Made by a program: the position numbers and the translations under genes. Below are positions 39,305 to 50,366 of a DNA stretch of 64,000 nucleotides, one piece after another. The notes beneath the pieces are model-generated. The model worked only from the letters and a program-made list of their open reading frames with translations, did no database searches and was not told the DNA's origin. How positions within the stretch are numbered: position 1 is the stretch's first letter; every line of letters begins with the position of its first letter. Source of the DNA: a virus; the IMG/VR virus record IMGVR_UViG_3300031578_000009, positions 31,690 through 95,689 of that record, one strand, 5' to 3'.

Positions 39305-40489
39305 TTAATTTAACCATTTGATTTTATCTTTAAACAATCCATATTGACTATTTCTTAACCAATATACTTCTTGAGAATCTTTAATGTATAGATTGATAAA
39401 AATAACATTATTATCTCCAAATAGTCTTCCTATTCGACCCAGTTTTTGAATAGACTCTCTTTTACTTGATGTATAGGAAGCATTTATAGCTACTTTAAGC
39501 TGTGGAATATCTATTCCTTCATTAAATGCTTTTACAGTGCTTAAAATACGTTTCTTAGTATGTTTATCTTTAAATCTTTTTAATGCTAATTCCCTATCTT
39601 TATCTTTCATCCCAGAATGGATTACTTCTGTTTCTGATTTAAAGTTTTCATAGATATAATCAGCAAATTCCTGAGTTTGAGAAAATACAATAGTTTGTTC
39701 TTTATTAAGTTTAGAATCTTTCAAGAACCATAATGTTTTGTCTTTTTTAGCTTGAGCATTATATATTAGCTTCTTTCTATAACCTATTAATCTATTGTAA
39801 GATATTGCTAATAAGTATAATTCCTTATTATCTTTAGTCTTTTTATATTGACTTATATACTTTGAAGATAAATTAAACATATTCTTTTCTACATACTCTA
39901 AGTCTAATTTCTCAATTTCAGAAACATCTCTAAAGATTTTATTAAGATTATATTCAATATGATTATAGACTTCTCTTTCTTCTATTGTAAATTCTAAAGC
40001 TATATTGTAGATAGTATAATTGGAAATCCAATTATTTTCTAAAGCTTCTTCAAAAGTAACTGTCATTAATATAGGAGCAACTTCAAGTATAACTTTATGC
40101 TTATTATCATTCCTAATCATAGTTGCTGATAATGCTATAATCTTATTAAATTTAGCATTCTTCCAAGATAGACTAAACCAATCTGCTGAAGCTGTTGAAT
40201 GAGCTTCATCTATAATTAATAAATCACAATTTATCTCTTTATTTACAGCAGTATTAACTACATAAACTATATAATTCTTAACTTTCCATGATTTAAGAGA
40301 TAGCTGCCATTGCTTTTGAAGCTCTTTTGTGGGGACTATAACTATAATAGATTCTGCTCTACATTGTATAGCTGCTTTAATAGAACACGTGGTTTTCCCC
40401 CATGAGGTGATTGCAGTTAATGTTCCATAATAATTATTCTTAATCCACAAGTCTATAAACTTTTGTTGAGATTCATCTCTTGAAATCAT
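39305..40489 (-). CDS. Superfamily 2 (DEAH) helicase
   Basis: SWGKT, DEAH, LSAT, EGIDIP and QKLGRIGR motifs. Confidence 0.9.
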   Translation of the reverse strand: MISRDESQQKFIDLWIKNNYYGTLTAITSWGKTTCSIKAAIQCRAESIIVIVPTKELQKQWQLSLKSWKVKNYIVYVVNTAVNKEINCDLLIIDEAHSTASADWFSLSWKNAKFNKIIALSATMIRNDNKHKVILEVAPILMTVTFEEALENNWISNYTIYNIALEFTIEEREVYNHIEYNLNKIFRDVSEIEKLDLEYVEKNMFNLSSKYISQYKKTKDNKELYLLAISYNRLIGYRKKLIYNAQAKKDKTLWFLKDSKLNKEQTIVFSQTQEFADYIYENFKSETEVIHSGMKDKDRELALKRFKDKHTKKRILSTVKAFNEGIDIPQLKVAINASYTSSKRESIQKLGRIGRLFGDNNVIFINLYIKDSQEVYWLRNSQYGLFKDKIKWLN

Positions 40490-40574
40490 AATTTATTTTA
40501 TTTGTTTTACAACATAGTAATATAGGGCAAATCAATGCCCTATATCCAATCATCTAACCCCAAACCTCACTAAT

Positions 40575-40901
40575 CTATGAAAAAATCTTAAATAATTCTT
40601 TCAATTTATCCAAATTATCATTTGCAACTTGTAAATCTTCTGCTGCAATATCTCTAACTTCCCAAGCTTTCTTAACTCCACCCAAATAAGTATCTACATG
40701 TTTTGTTAAAGTAATTTGAGCTTTAACAACATCTTCTTCTGCTTGGTTTAATTCAATAGTTTTTTCAATAATTTGAGCTTCTTGGGCTTTAATTTGAGCT
40801 TCAACTTTAGATGCTAAAATAGCACCATATTGTTCAGCTTGTTTTTTAACATCACCTTCTTCTTTTGCGTTTTTTACGACCAATTCTACATACTTTGACA
40901 T
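40575..40901 (-). CDS. Coiled-coil protein
   Basis: Heptad-rich sequence followed by a hairpin at 40520-40545. Confidence 0.6.
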   Translation of the reverse strand: MSKYVELVVKNAKEEGDVKKQAEQYGAILASKVEAQIKAQEAQIIEKTIELNQAEEDVVKAQITLTKHVDTYLGGVKKAWEVRDIAAEDLQVANDNLDKLKELFKIFS

Positions 40902-40921
40902 AATTTTTGAATTTTAATTGT

Positions 40922-42940
40922 TTATATTAGATTTATTTTAGCAAATTCAATTGTTTTTTTAACAGATTTTTTGTTTATCATTTGAAATGGAACAACTTTA
41001 TGAACATTTAATTCTTTATTAATTATTGGTTGAGTTTGATTAACAAAGTTGAATATATTAATCTCTATTAAATCAGAATCAGATTCATTAAAATGTTCTT
41101 TCTGTTTATATTCATAATATTCTTCTTCAGCTTCATCACATCTACAGCCTTCACACAAAGAATGACCATGTTGAAAAATAAATTCATCAGAATGATTCTC
41201 TGTGCATAATTTACAAATTCCATTTTGTTCATCAATACTTGTTTGCATAATAAAATCTTCAAGTTGAGCATCATAAGCTTCTTTTGTTGATGGTTTAAAA
41301 TAAATTAAATAATCAGAAAATCCATTTTTTTGACTTCCAGCATCATCTAATTCTAAAGTAATATCTTTTCCTTCTAACTTTTTAACTTTATAAACTTTAC
41401 CTTTAGTAAATTGATTTGAATATCCTTTAATACATTCAACATATTTAGGATATTCATACTTAGATTTGTTTATTAAAGTTGTAGCAAATCCTTCAGCTTC
41501 TTGTTTAGTTGCAAACCATTTAATCTTTCCTATATTTTCCCATTTAATGTCATTTTCTGTTCCATTTTTATATCTTATTCCTCCATTATCAAATCTATTC
41601 TTTTTAAATTCAGATATTTCTTGATATTCGCCTTTTTTGTATTTATTAAATCCAACATTATCTTCTAAAAATACAACATAACTTCCAACGCTCCATTTTT
41701 CAATAGATTTAGTTGATATCTTATTAGAATGACTAAATGGTAAATATTGTTGAATTTCTTCCAATGAACATTCTATAGCTTCACTAAAATGATTTGTTAT
41801 TCTTCCTTCTAAAGTATCAAGTCTATATTTTCCATTATCAATATATCCTGTATTTGTACAAAAACATCCAGTATCATCTATGCCATTAAATCTAACAATA
41901 TATGAATTATCTGATCCAATATTTTTATACCATCTACCAACTTTAAACTTAGAATCATCTTTGACTTCTTCTTTCAAAACATATTCCTTAAATTGATTAA
42001 ATGTTATTTCTGTATATTTTTTATGACCATCTTGTTCAATGGCACAATGATATCCAATAGTTGTATTTGGCCCATTACAGCAATATCCATCATTTGTATT
42101 AATTGAAAGTTCCCCACCAGTTCTCCATTCACCTAAAGCTTTTTTACTTTCTTTAGTTACTCTTATTTTATAATATTCTGGCAATACAAACTCTTTCATA
42201 GAATCTGAAAATGCTTGAGCTTCTTTTAATGAAGTAAATGGTTTAGATTGTAAGTTATCACTTAATACATAGTGATAATCATTTTTATTAAGTTTAGACC
42301 ATTGACCGTTGCTTTTAGACTTAAATATGTCTCCTTTTTTAGAACCATCTATTCCTTGACAACCATCTACTAAAGCTACTCTCCAATATTTATCTTGATC
42401 ATTCATATTAAAATCTTTTAATGCTGTTTCTTTATCAATGAATTCATTTGCTTTTATACAAGCTTTAAGCCAATGTTTTTCTTCAGGAGTTGCTAATCTT
42501 AATTTCCATCCTCCCCAGTCAAATGACTTTGTTAAATCATCTTTATAATATAAGGAAGTTCTTTTTTGTATGCAAATATATTCATAATAACCACCTTTAT
42601 TATAATTTTTAAATACATAATCATTATCTGATTTATCTCCTCCAATTGCATAATAAACTTCTCCTTCAACTAAATCCTCAGCAGTTAATTGTTTATCAAT
42701 ATATTTAGCAATAAATTCTTCTTCTGTAATTGTTTTTAATTCTTTATATTTACCACTTTTACAATTAGAAAAATCTTCTAATATACCTAAATTGTTATCT
42801 CTAGGGCAATTGTTCATCAATGATGTATATTGAGTTAATCTTTCTCTATATCTACCATCATTACTTGTAGTCTCGTAATTATCATATAACCAATCTAATA
42901 TCCTAATTAGATTATCTTTTGTTTTAATTTCTACATTCAT
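40922..42940 (-). CDS. Large mosaic protein built from short repeated modules
   Basis: Successive ~60-80 aa modules (LVEGEVY..RLATPEE, EITFNQFKEYVL, FKVGRWY..CSLEEIQ, VECI..FTKGKVY..FKPSTKEAY). Confidence 0.65.
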   Translation of the reverse strand: MNVEIKTKDNLIRILDWLYDNYETTSNDGRYRERLTQYTSLMNNCPRDNNLGILEDFSNCKSGKYKELKTITEEEFIAKYIDKQLTAEDLVEGEVYYAIGGDKSDNDYVFKNYNKGGYYEYICIQKRTSLYYKDDLTKSFDWGGWKLRLATPEEKHWLKACIKANEFIDKETALKDFNMNDQDKYWRVALVDGCQGIDGSKKGDIFKSKSNGQWSKLNKNDYHYVLSDNLQSKPFTSLKEAQAFSDSMKEFVLPEYYKIRVTKESKKALGEWRTGGELSINTNDGYCCNGPNTTIGYHCAIEQDGHKKYTEITFNQFKEYVLKEEVKDDSKFKVGRWYKNIGSDNSYIVRFNGIDDTGCFCTNTGYIDNGKYRLDTLEGRITNHFSEAIECSLEEIQQYLPFSHSNKISTKSIEKWSVGSYVVFLEDNVGFNKYKKGEYQEISEFKKNRFDNGGIRYKNGTENDIKWENIGKIKWFATKQEAEGFATTLINKSKYEYPKYVECIKGYSNQFTKGKVYKVKKLEGKDITLELDDAGSQKNGFSDYLIYFKPSTKEAYDAQLEDFIMQTSIDEQNGICKLCTENHSDEFIFQHGHSLCEGCRCDEAEEEYYEYKQKEHFNESDSDLIEINIFNFVNQTQPIINKELNVHKVVPFQMINKKSVKKTIEFAKINLI

Positions 42941-43410
42941 AGTTTTAGTGTTTTATAAATTTGATTAGCTCTTTTTCTATAAGTCTTAGTATATTTCCAT
43001 CTTTTATGAATGTTATATACTCCTGCATTATGGCAATGTGCCACTGTATCTATATTATATGATGGATTATATCTATCATTTAATATAAAGAACATCTCAA
43101 TAGATTTATTTTCATCAAATCTATCTTTATAAGAGAATTTCTTATTGGAGATTCTATTTACTTCGTTTACATATATTTTACGCAATTGTAATATTCCTAC
43201 TGCATCTTCTTTAATATTAACTAGTTTAGAATCTCCTTCACCACTCTCTATTTTGATTATTGTTTGTAATACTTCATATTTATATGTATATGCATGACAT
43301 ATTATATTTAATGAAGATATTTCAAATACTATTCTCCATTGACTACTGATATCAGGAGCATATAACTTCACTGATAACATGATCAATAAAAATGTAATTA
43401 TTTTTTTCAT
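42937..43410 (-). CDS. Lysozyme-fold (lytic transglycosylase-like) protein with N-terminal signal peptide
   Basis: IESG, AVGILQ and HNAG motifs. Hydrophobic N-terminus. Confidence 0.7.
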   Translation of the reverse strand: MKKIITFLLIMLSVKLYAPDISSQWRIVFEISSLNIICHAYTYKYEVLQTIIKIESGEGDSKLVNIKEDAVGILQLRKIYVNEVNRISNKKFSYKDRFDENKSIEMFFILNDRYNPSYNIDTVAHCHNAGVYNIHKRWKYTKTYRKRANQIYKTLKL

Positions 43411-43513
43411 ATTTTGTTTTTAAAATTAATACTAAAAATAGACTGTCAATTTTATGACTTATTATTTGACAGCCTATTGTACTAAACTAACTACTAACTT
43501 AAACTACTACTAG

Positions 43514-43587
43514 TAAAGAATAATGGACTCGAACCATTGGCCTACAATTTAGAAAATTGTTGCTCTATCCAACTGAGCTAATTCTTC
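43514..43587 (-). tRNA. tRNA-Arg(TCT)
   Basis: gaagaat/attcttt acceptor, agctcagttggatagagc D arm, acaat-ttTCTaa-attgt anticodon arm, aatgg-ttcgagt-ccatt T arm. No encoded CCA. Confidence 0.75.
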
Positions 43588-43609
43588 TGCAAAAATAATA
43601 AAATATTTT

Positions 43610-43643
43610 AAAAGAGAGATAGTATAGCCTAACTATCTCTCTT
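43610..43643 (-). terminator. Stem-loop/terminator
   Basis: aagagagatagt/actatctctctt 12-bp stem with a short T run on the - strand. Confidence 0.55.
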
Positions 43644-43722
43644 AATTGTGAAATTTAAACTTGTAAACTGTGCTGGTTTATACTTTATTTATTTTTCACT
43701 CATTAGTCAATTGACTAATTTC

Positions 43723-44115
43723 TTATTTACCTGATTTTTCAAATTCAGATTCTGTATTAGCAAATACATTTTCTGTACTTGTTTCAGTAGTAACAGCTCC
43801 AGAAACATTAAGAACTTTTGCATCATTTGATTTAGATGCTTGCATGATATCCATTACAGATGCTTTTGCAATTACTTGAGTATTAAATTGACGACCATAC
43901 TCCTTACTTTCTTCGATTTCTGTGAACTTGAATACATAAGTACTTCCAATTTCAATGTTGTGATTAATGGCTACGCTGCCTGCTAATACCATACATTTGT
44001 TTGGAATTGTTCCACTTAATGGAGACAAGAATACATTTTGATTACCGTTTTTGTCAACTTCATGACCTGCTTTCCTAAACTCACTTACTGAGCATAATGC
44101 AACTGTTTGTAACAT
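43723..44115 (-). CDS. Hypothetical protein (possible OB-fold)
   Basis: DKNG.QNV.L and YGRQFN motifs. Confidence 0.6.
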   Translation of the reverse strand: MLQTVALCSVSEFRKAGHEVDKNGNQNVFLSPLSGTIPNKCMVLAGSVAINHNIEIGSTYVFKFTEIEESKEYGRQFNTQVIAKASVMDIMQASKSNDAKVLNVSGAVTTETSTENVFANTESEFEKSGK

Positions 44116-44433
44116 AACTTTAATTGTTTAATTGTTTAATTAATTAATTGTATTTGATATAACTATATCCATTTAAAAAAGAACCAGGATTTATCAGGTG
44201 AGATATATTGTTCTTTGACTTATTCCGATTTATGTAGTTAAAATATTAGAAACCCTGGCTCTTATGTTATTAAGTGTTTTGTAAAAAATATTCGATATCT
44301 TTTTCTATTGGTAATAAAAACTCATCTTCTTCTTCTTGAATATCAAGATAAGCACTAAATTTTGCAGCTTCTTCTGGATCATATGTATCAACATCAAAAG
44401 CTTGAGATAATACTGATATCATAGTTTTAAAGT

Positions 44434-44811
44434 TTAAATGATTTCAAATCCAATAAGTTCACAATTGATATCATGAGCATATTTATTTAATTGGAATTCA
44501 AGTTTATCATTATCTGATAATTTCTTCCAATTGTTATAAATATTCCACTCACTGTAAGCAGCACCATTTCTTGGTTTCTTTGGCCTGGTTAATGCCATCT
44601 CAATAAATGAATTATCCATTTGAACACTTCTTGTTGCTGATTTATATTCAGGAGCTTGAAATATTCTTGATGGAACAATTAATACGAATTCTTCATCATC
44701 TTTGAATGCATTTTTAACTTTAATTCCTGCTGTAGAATAGTTTCCTCTATTCTTGAGGTACTCACCAATTTCCTTGAAATTAGCTTGTAATTTTGAATCT
44801 TTATCTATCAT
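44434..44811 (-). CDS. Hypothetical protein
   Basis: ORF on the coding strand. Confidence 0.6.
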   Translation of the reverse strand: MIDKDSKLQANFKEIGEYLKNRGNYSTAGIKVKNAFKDDEEFVLIVPSRIFQAPEYKSATRSVQMDNSFIEMALTRPKKPRNGAAYSEWNIYNNWKKLSDNDKLEFQLNKYAHDINCELIGFEII

Positions 44812-44841
44812 TGTTTGTTAATTATAATAAATTAAATCAAT

Positions 44842-45183
44842 TTATAAATGTTTTTCAATCCATTTGTTTAATCCCATTTTATCTATATAAAAATAAGAAG
44901 TTTTAGATTCATTTATAGCTAATTTTATAATATTTTCAACTTCTCCTCTACTATACATTCTTTCTTCAGGAATAACAATATCGGGAAGTTCAATAACTTT
45001 AGAACCATGTGGTGAATAAAAATAATAATCAAATTTATTATTTACCAGTCCATAATAACCATCAATAGAATCTCCTTCAAAATTAAATGTATCAACTCCT
45101 TGATCTTTCCACCATTGAATGACTTTTTTGCCATGTTCGGCATTAAGAACTTTTATTACGGTATTATTTAAATTAGTAGTCAT
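44842..45183 (-). CDS. Hypothetical protein
   Basis: ORF on the coding strand. Confidence 0.6.
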   Translation of the reverse strand: MTTNLNNTVIKVLNAEHGKKVIQWWKDQGVDTFNFEGDSIDGYYGLVNNKFDYYFYSPHGSKVIELPDIVIPEERMYSRGEVENIIKLAINESKTSYFYIDKMGLNKWIEKHL

Positions 45184-46339
45184 AATTGCGAAATTAATTA
45201 AGTTAAAATTTGTTGTTAAATATACATGAATAATCCGTAGATGTTATAAAGGTATTTAAAAAATTGTTAATATCAATTTTTTAAATAAAAACTCTAGTGT
45301 TAGTTATTACTTCTTTGAAATTGAGATGGTCTTTAATTACTATCATTGGCAACAGCATTAACATCAATAATAATAAAAATAATAGCTAGGACTCTACCAG
45401 TTATTGTCGAATAAAACCATATGGGATTAAATGTAATAAAATAACCCACAGTCCAAATAATAAAAAGTCCAAAAATAAAAGTAATTAAACCAAAAATAAA
45501 ATCTTTATTCATAATTTCTAGGTGTTTTTTGTTAGTCTATTTGTCATTACATCTCAACAGTCTTCATCTGTTGGATCAGTCAATTCAGCAGGATGAACCC
45601 GACTAAACATACCATTAGGAGTCATTGAAACAACTCTTACTTTGGATGTATTTCTAAATTCTTTATCAAGCCAGACAATATCTCCGGGTATGATATTTTC
45701 TTTATTGTGGTTCATAATAATTGATTTTAACTGTTAATATTATGTTTAGTAAAAAATACATGTCCACTATCGACAGTTCCACTACCATATTTTAATAAAA
45801 GATATTTTCTTCTTTTACTTTTGTTTTTTGGCATGCCTTTATCTACTATTATTATCATCATAATTTTAATTGTTAATATTAAATAAGTGAAATTGGTAGC
45901 TGTTTTCTGTCAGTTTTATTTAAGCCAATCAGACATGAGGTTTAGCACTACCAATATTCACTTATTATTATCAAATAGTTTGTAATACTGTAGCCTCATA
46001 TTTCTATGGATTTCATCCCCATCTACAGATACCACCATCCCTACTATTACAAACTTTAATTACTGGTTTGATAATGTTTTTAAAAACAATTCTCCAACCA
46101 CAATGCTAAAGTGGTATATAAATTAAAGGAATACAATCTCCCTTGAGCAAAGACCATTACTGGTTTCTTCGTGTCCAACGAATTGGATTCACCACATGAT
46201 TATCCTTCTTATCTATACCTTACCCCAGACAACATCCCTTAGCGAAGGATTATAACTATAGTCCATTTTACTTTGTGAGTGCTGATACTATACTTCCCTG
46301 AATTTGTTACTGTCTGTCTTTCAGTAGAGAATTGCTATT

Positions 46340-46774
46340 TTAGTTCAATAATTCTTTTGCTTTATTTATATTACCTTTTGGTACAGGCAATACTTTATTA
46401 TTAGGAATAGTAATTTCACATTGATTTTTATCCATTATGCTAATTTCACTTAAACACCAATAAATAAAAGAAGTTTGATAATCATATATTGGGTATGTTT
46501 CATAGTTATTTCGCCATGTATTTGTATTAATGTAATACCCACATTTCCAGCATTGATCTGGAGAAGATTCATTAATAGCTTGAATAGCTTTATCTGAAGT
46601 TAAATAATTAATAGAGTTTAATCTATTTAATAGCATACTGAATACTTCAGATTTATGATTTATAATATAACCATCTGCTTGTAAACATTTACATAAGTCT
46701 TCAATTATATTATCACTTCTTTTATACCAATTTTTAGCATAAAGAGTTATATGTTTTAGGTCAAATTTGTTCAT
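46340..46774 (-). CDS. Hypothetical protein
   Basis: ORF on the coding strand. Confidence 0.6.
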   Translation of the reverse strand: MNKFDLKHITLYAKNWYKRSDNIIEDLCKCLQADGYIINHKSEVFSMLLNRLNSINYLTSDKAIQAINESSPDQCWKCGYYINTNTWRNNYETYPIYDYQTSFIYWCLSEISIMDKNQCEITIPNNKVLPVPKGNINKAKELLN

Positions 46775-46799
46775 ATTAATTAATTTTAGTTATTAATAG

Positions 46800-46856
46800 T
46801 GGCCAATGTGGAATCGAACCCTCACTCCTATTATTTCAGAGTTAACCGTTTTGGCC
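46800..46856 (-). pseudogene. Truncated tRNA-like remnant
   Basis: ggccaa/ttggcc-a acceptor-like stem and GGTTCGATTCC T-loop. No proper D or anticodon arm. Confidence 0.4.
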
Positions 46857-47105
46857 TTGAATGGTTTTGAAATAGGATAACCATAAACCTATATTGTAAA
46901 GCATGTTCATCTTATTGAATTAATATTGAAATAACAGCTAATGCTATAAATAACATTGTAGCCATTATACTAGGTAGATACTTTTTCATAGTTGTAGAAT
47001 TAAGTGTTAATTAGAATAAATTAATTAATACAAGATTTACTAATCTAATGTGTTCAAAGTTTCAAAACACTATTTCAAGTGTTCACTCGTATTAATTAAT
47101 AGATT

Positions 47106-47201
47106 AAACTTTTATAAGGTTGCGCCTTAAACTTATTGTATTTACTACTCCTGCTTTAACAGTTTAATAGTAGTAATGTTCCTGCAATTGGATAAAAGTT
47201 T
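47106..47201 (-). ncRNA. Repeated structured RNA motif A, copy 1
   Basis: - strand: aaact(c/t)t(c/t)atccaattgcagg-[variable]-aaggcgcaacctt..gttt with a terminal stem. Confidence 0.6.
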
Positions 47202-47431
47202 AATCAAAGAGTTTCTCAAATAGTTTAATGAATAAACGAACTATTAGTATTAAAATCATAATTGGTATTCCAACTGGCCACATTATTGACAATGCTGCAA
47301 ATAATGCGAAATCTTCATAGTCTATAAATTTATCTATCAAATATAACAATATAGTTGTTATAAAGCAATATCCAATAATGGATAATAAAGTGATTAATAA
47401 TGTCATAGTTTTTGTTGTCAAGTTTTTGTTG

Positions 47432-47641
47432 TCAAGTTTTCATTGCCAATCTTCTTATTGTCACTTCAGCTTCTGCATTTTCATCACATGAGCTTCCATT
47501 AAACAACATTTGTCCAGTTCTTTTGTTGATTAATCCCCTCCAAATGTATTTCTTGGATTTGAGTTTTTTACTCCACCAAACTTTTTTATAGACCGTAACA
47601 ATTACGTGATCATTTGCTATTATTTCTACTGTTGGTTCCAT
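47432..47641 (-). CDS. Hypothetical protein
   Basis: ORF on the coding strand. Confidence 0.5.
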   Translation of the reverse strand: MEPTVEIIANDHVIVTVYKKVWWSKKLKSKKYIWRGLINKRTGQMLFNGSSCDENAEAEVTIRRLAMKT

Positions 47642-47685
47642 AAGTTAGTTTTAATATTGTTTAGCGTTTTCTTTATATTTATATG

Positions 47686-47982
47686 TTATTCAAAATCATC
47701 GCCATAATAATATTCTGCATTTACTTCATATTTTTCATTAATTATTTTACCAAATTTAATTTTTTCTATTTTTATTATTGATATTTTATGTGCGTGTTTG
47801 AATAATGTTCCATTTGTTAAATCAAATTTTTTCTCAGCACTTCCTACCTAAGTTTTATCAAGCATATTTTTAATTTCAAAAATTTCTTTTTCTTCCTCTT
47901 CTTCTTCTTCTTCTTCTTCTATTTTTACTACTATTATCATTATTATAACAGTGCATATTATTGCTATAATTATTGTTTCCAT
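47686..47982 (-). pseudogene. Membrane-anchored protein gene with a poly-Glu (GAA)n tract and an in-frame TAG at 47848-47850
   Basis: METIIIAIICTVII...E10...DKT*VGSAEKKF...GDDFE. Confidence 0.5.
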
Positions 47983-48017
47983 AATTTTTAGTTTTTCCAT
48001 AGTTGTTGTAGTTTTAG

Positions 48018-48407
48018 TTATGTCAATATTACACCATAGGTAATCTTCCAGTCTTTACTATTATTTATTTTTATGGTTTTAACTGGAATTATTTTTCCAT
48101 CTCTTATTACAAAAGTTGGTTTATCTAATTGTAAAGAAAGTTTTGTTTCTTCAAATGCTCCTTTGCCAACATATCCTTTGAATTCATGAGTAATAACACC
48201 CTTACATTTTTTTACAATTTGTAAATAAGGATTCAATGAACCTAATTCACCAATATCTTTATTTGGGCATATCATTGGAAAATTAAATGATTTAATTGTT
48301 TCAGTTAATTCTTTTTCTAATTTAGTATTATATATTTGCATAGAATGAGCAAAATAATATTTATTCTTAAATTTATTTTTCATAACAAATATGATTAAGT
48401 TTAGCAA
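48018..48407 (-). CDS. Nucleoside 2-deoxyribosyltransferase-like protein
   Basis: YFAH, CPN and GKGAFEE...KP.FV pattern. Confidence 0.55.
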   Translation of the reverse strand: MLNLIIFVMKNKFKNKYYFAHSMQIYNTKLEKELTETIKSFNFPMICPNKDIGELGSLNPYLQIVKKCKGVITHEFKGYVGKGAFEETKLSLQLDKPTFVIRDGKIIPVKTIKINNSKDWKITYGVILT

Positions 48408-48791
48408 TTTATTTGCATTTTACACCTAAAACTTTAATATGAATGTTTTCCACGCCCATTAGGCGAAACATACAAGGATACTTAGTTCTCCATTGAACAA
48501 ATATTAAAGAAACTGGTGTTCTCAATGGCTTGAAAAGTTATTAAGTTTTTTAATTAAACTAAACAGTATATTAATGGATTAATGTACCTATTTTATCTAT
48601 AAGATACGCAATTACTCCAAGAATTCCTAAGAAAAGTAAATTATATGGTACCAATGTAGATTCAATCTTTTGATTAACAATGGTTTTCATGACTTTATTA
48701 AAATACATATCTATACTTATAGCAATAAGTACAAGACTAAGTCCAAATAGAATGTTTATCATAATAACAAATTTTAAGTTAATAAATCAAG

Positions 48792-48873
48792 AAACAGACT
48801 CCCATCAATAGCTAATTATTCCTGCCATAGTTTGACTAGCTTGCTGTTATTAACACGGTGGTGAGAGTCTGTT
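48792..48873 (-). ncRNA. Repeated structured RNA motif B, copy 1
   Basis: Closed by the acagactc/gagtctgt stem. Core agctaattattcctgccatagttt is identical to copy 2. Confidence 0.55.
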
Positions 48874-49574
48874 GTGTTTTAAGAGAGATCTATTTTTAAT
48901 TATAAATTTCTCTCCAAGTTTTTCGAATAATTGATCCATTGTATATTCAGGAATTGATTCTTTCTTAGTATCAATATCTTTGGCATATTGCCAACTTAGA
49001 GTAGATGTAGTCTTTTCTGCTTCTCCTGCACGTTTGTTTCTTTTAAAAACAGAAACACTTCGTTTATTTCCCTGTTCAACTTGTCTCTCAATCATTTTAT
49101 CAATAATTTCTTGAGGGAATCCTTTAATTTGATTTGTTGTTTCCATAGTATTTTATCGTTTGTTTAAATGTTTAGCTAAGAAAATAGTTTCCTCCCCGTT
49201 GATATTATCTCAGGTTTGGAAACTTACTCAAATAAGTTTTGGATTAATGAATTAAATGATAAACCAATATCCCCAGTACAATTAATAATGTTGTCATAGA
49301 TACATGTTTTTATTTATTAGGTTCTTTAAACAATTCAATATACTCCGCAATAATTATAGCTATTGTAAGTATTGCCCACATTATAGGCCAAAGTATAGCT
49401 GCAAAATTTGGGTGATCTAAATGCCCTTGGTTGTTTAATATTCTAAATGGTCTAACTGAAATAAAGGCTATTAATAGATATATTACAATTAAACTAATGA
49501 TTAAAGCTGTTTTCATAATTTTAAATTTTAGTTTATACTATATTTAATTGTTTTAATATTTGATTATTAATTAG

Positions 49575-49678
49575 TGGGGATAACAGGACTCGAACCTGCA
49601 AGACTTCAAACAATACCAACCTATCTAAGTCCACTAGTTTAGGTTAAACTATACTTTTCCAATTAAGCAAATATCCCC
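49575..49678 (-). ncRNA. tRNA-like RNA with aberrant anticodon arm and long variable region
   Basis: ggggata/tatcccc-a acceptor, D-like arm, gcagg-ttcgagt-cctgt T arm; 104 nt. Confidence 0.6.
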
Positions 49679-50129
49679 GTAAAGACACTTTCCTAAAATT
49701 TGATTGTGTGGCTCTATTGGTGTCTGCTATCCGTTACCATTGATTTAAACTATCAGGGGCAGATATGGTACCTCATGCATAACCAAATAAACTCTGAGTG
49801 TCATATCAATATTTAGTGTGTTTTTCAAGGTTACTTCACAATAGAGATTAACCCTTATCTTAATCTATTGTATAAAAGTTCTCCTTATATTGATAGAGTT
49901 AAAAATCAAGTTCCTATTTATAAATACTGTTGATATATTCACTTATGAAAGCACAATCTGATTTACTCAAAATACAGGAATACAGTTGATTTTTATTTTA
50001 AATAAATCCCAAAACTCTTAGTTAGTCGACTAATGATTTAGTTATGATTATTCAATAAGGTTGTAATTTAAATGGTTGAAATAATGGGGATAAGTAGGGA
50101 ATGATGATAAAACGTTGATAATCAGTTAA

Positions 50130-50366
50130 TTACCATGTTAAATTAGTTATATCTACAACTAATTTTGTTAATTCAATTGGTCCACTAATTTCAATGCATG
50201 TTGTTATACATCTTCCATTATTAAATAGCTCTAATGCTTCTTTATTATTTGATATTTTACACATATATAATGTAGTTCCTTTTATTTCTAATATTACAAA
50301 TAATCCCTTATCCCAATTAAATGATGGATGATTAGGATTATAATAAATGACATTGCCTGGTTTCAT
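50130..50366 (-). CDS. Hypothetical protein
   Basis: ORF on the coding strand. Confidence 0.55.
   Translation of the reverse strand: MKPGNVIYYNPNHPSFNWDKGLFVILEIKGTTLYMCKISNNKEALELFNNGRCITTCIEISGPIELTKLVVDITNLTW

Noticed and set aside
43514-43587. Amber suppressor tRNA (the loop contains CTA)
   Set aside because: The 5-bp stem acaat/attgt centres the 7-nt loop on TCT (Arg), not CTA.
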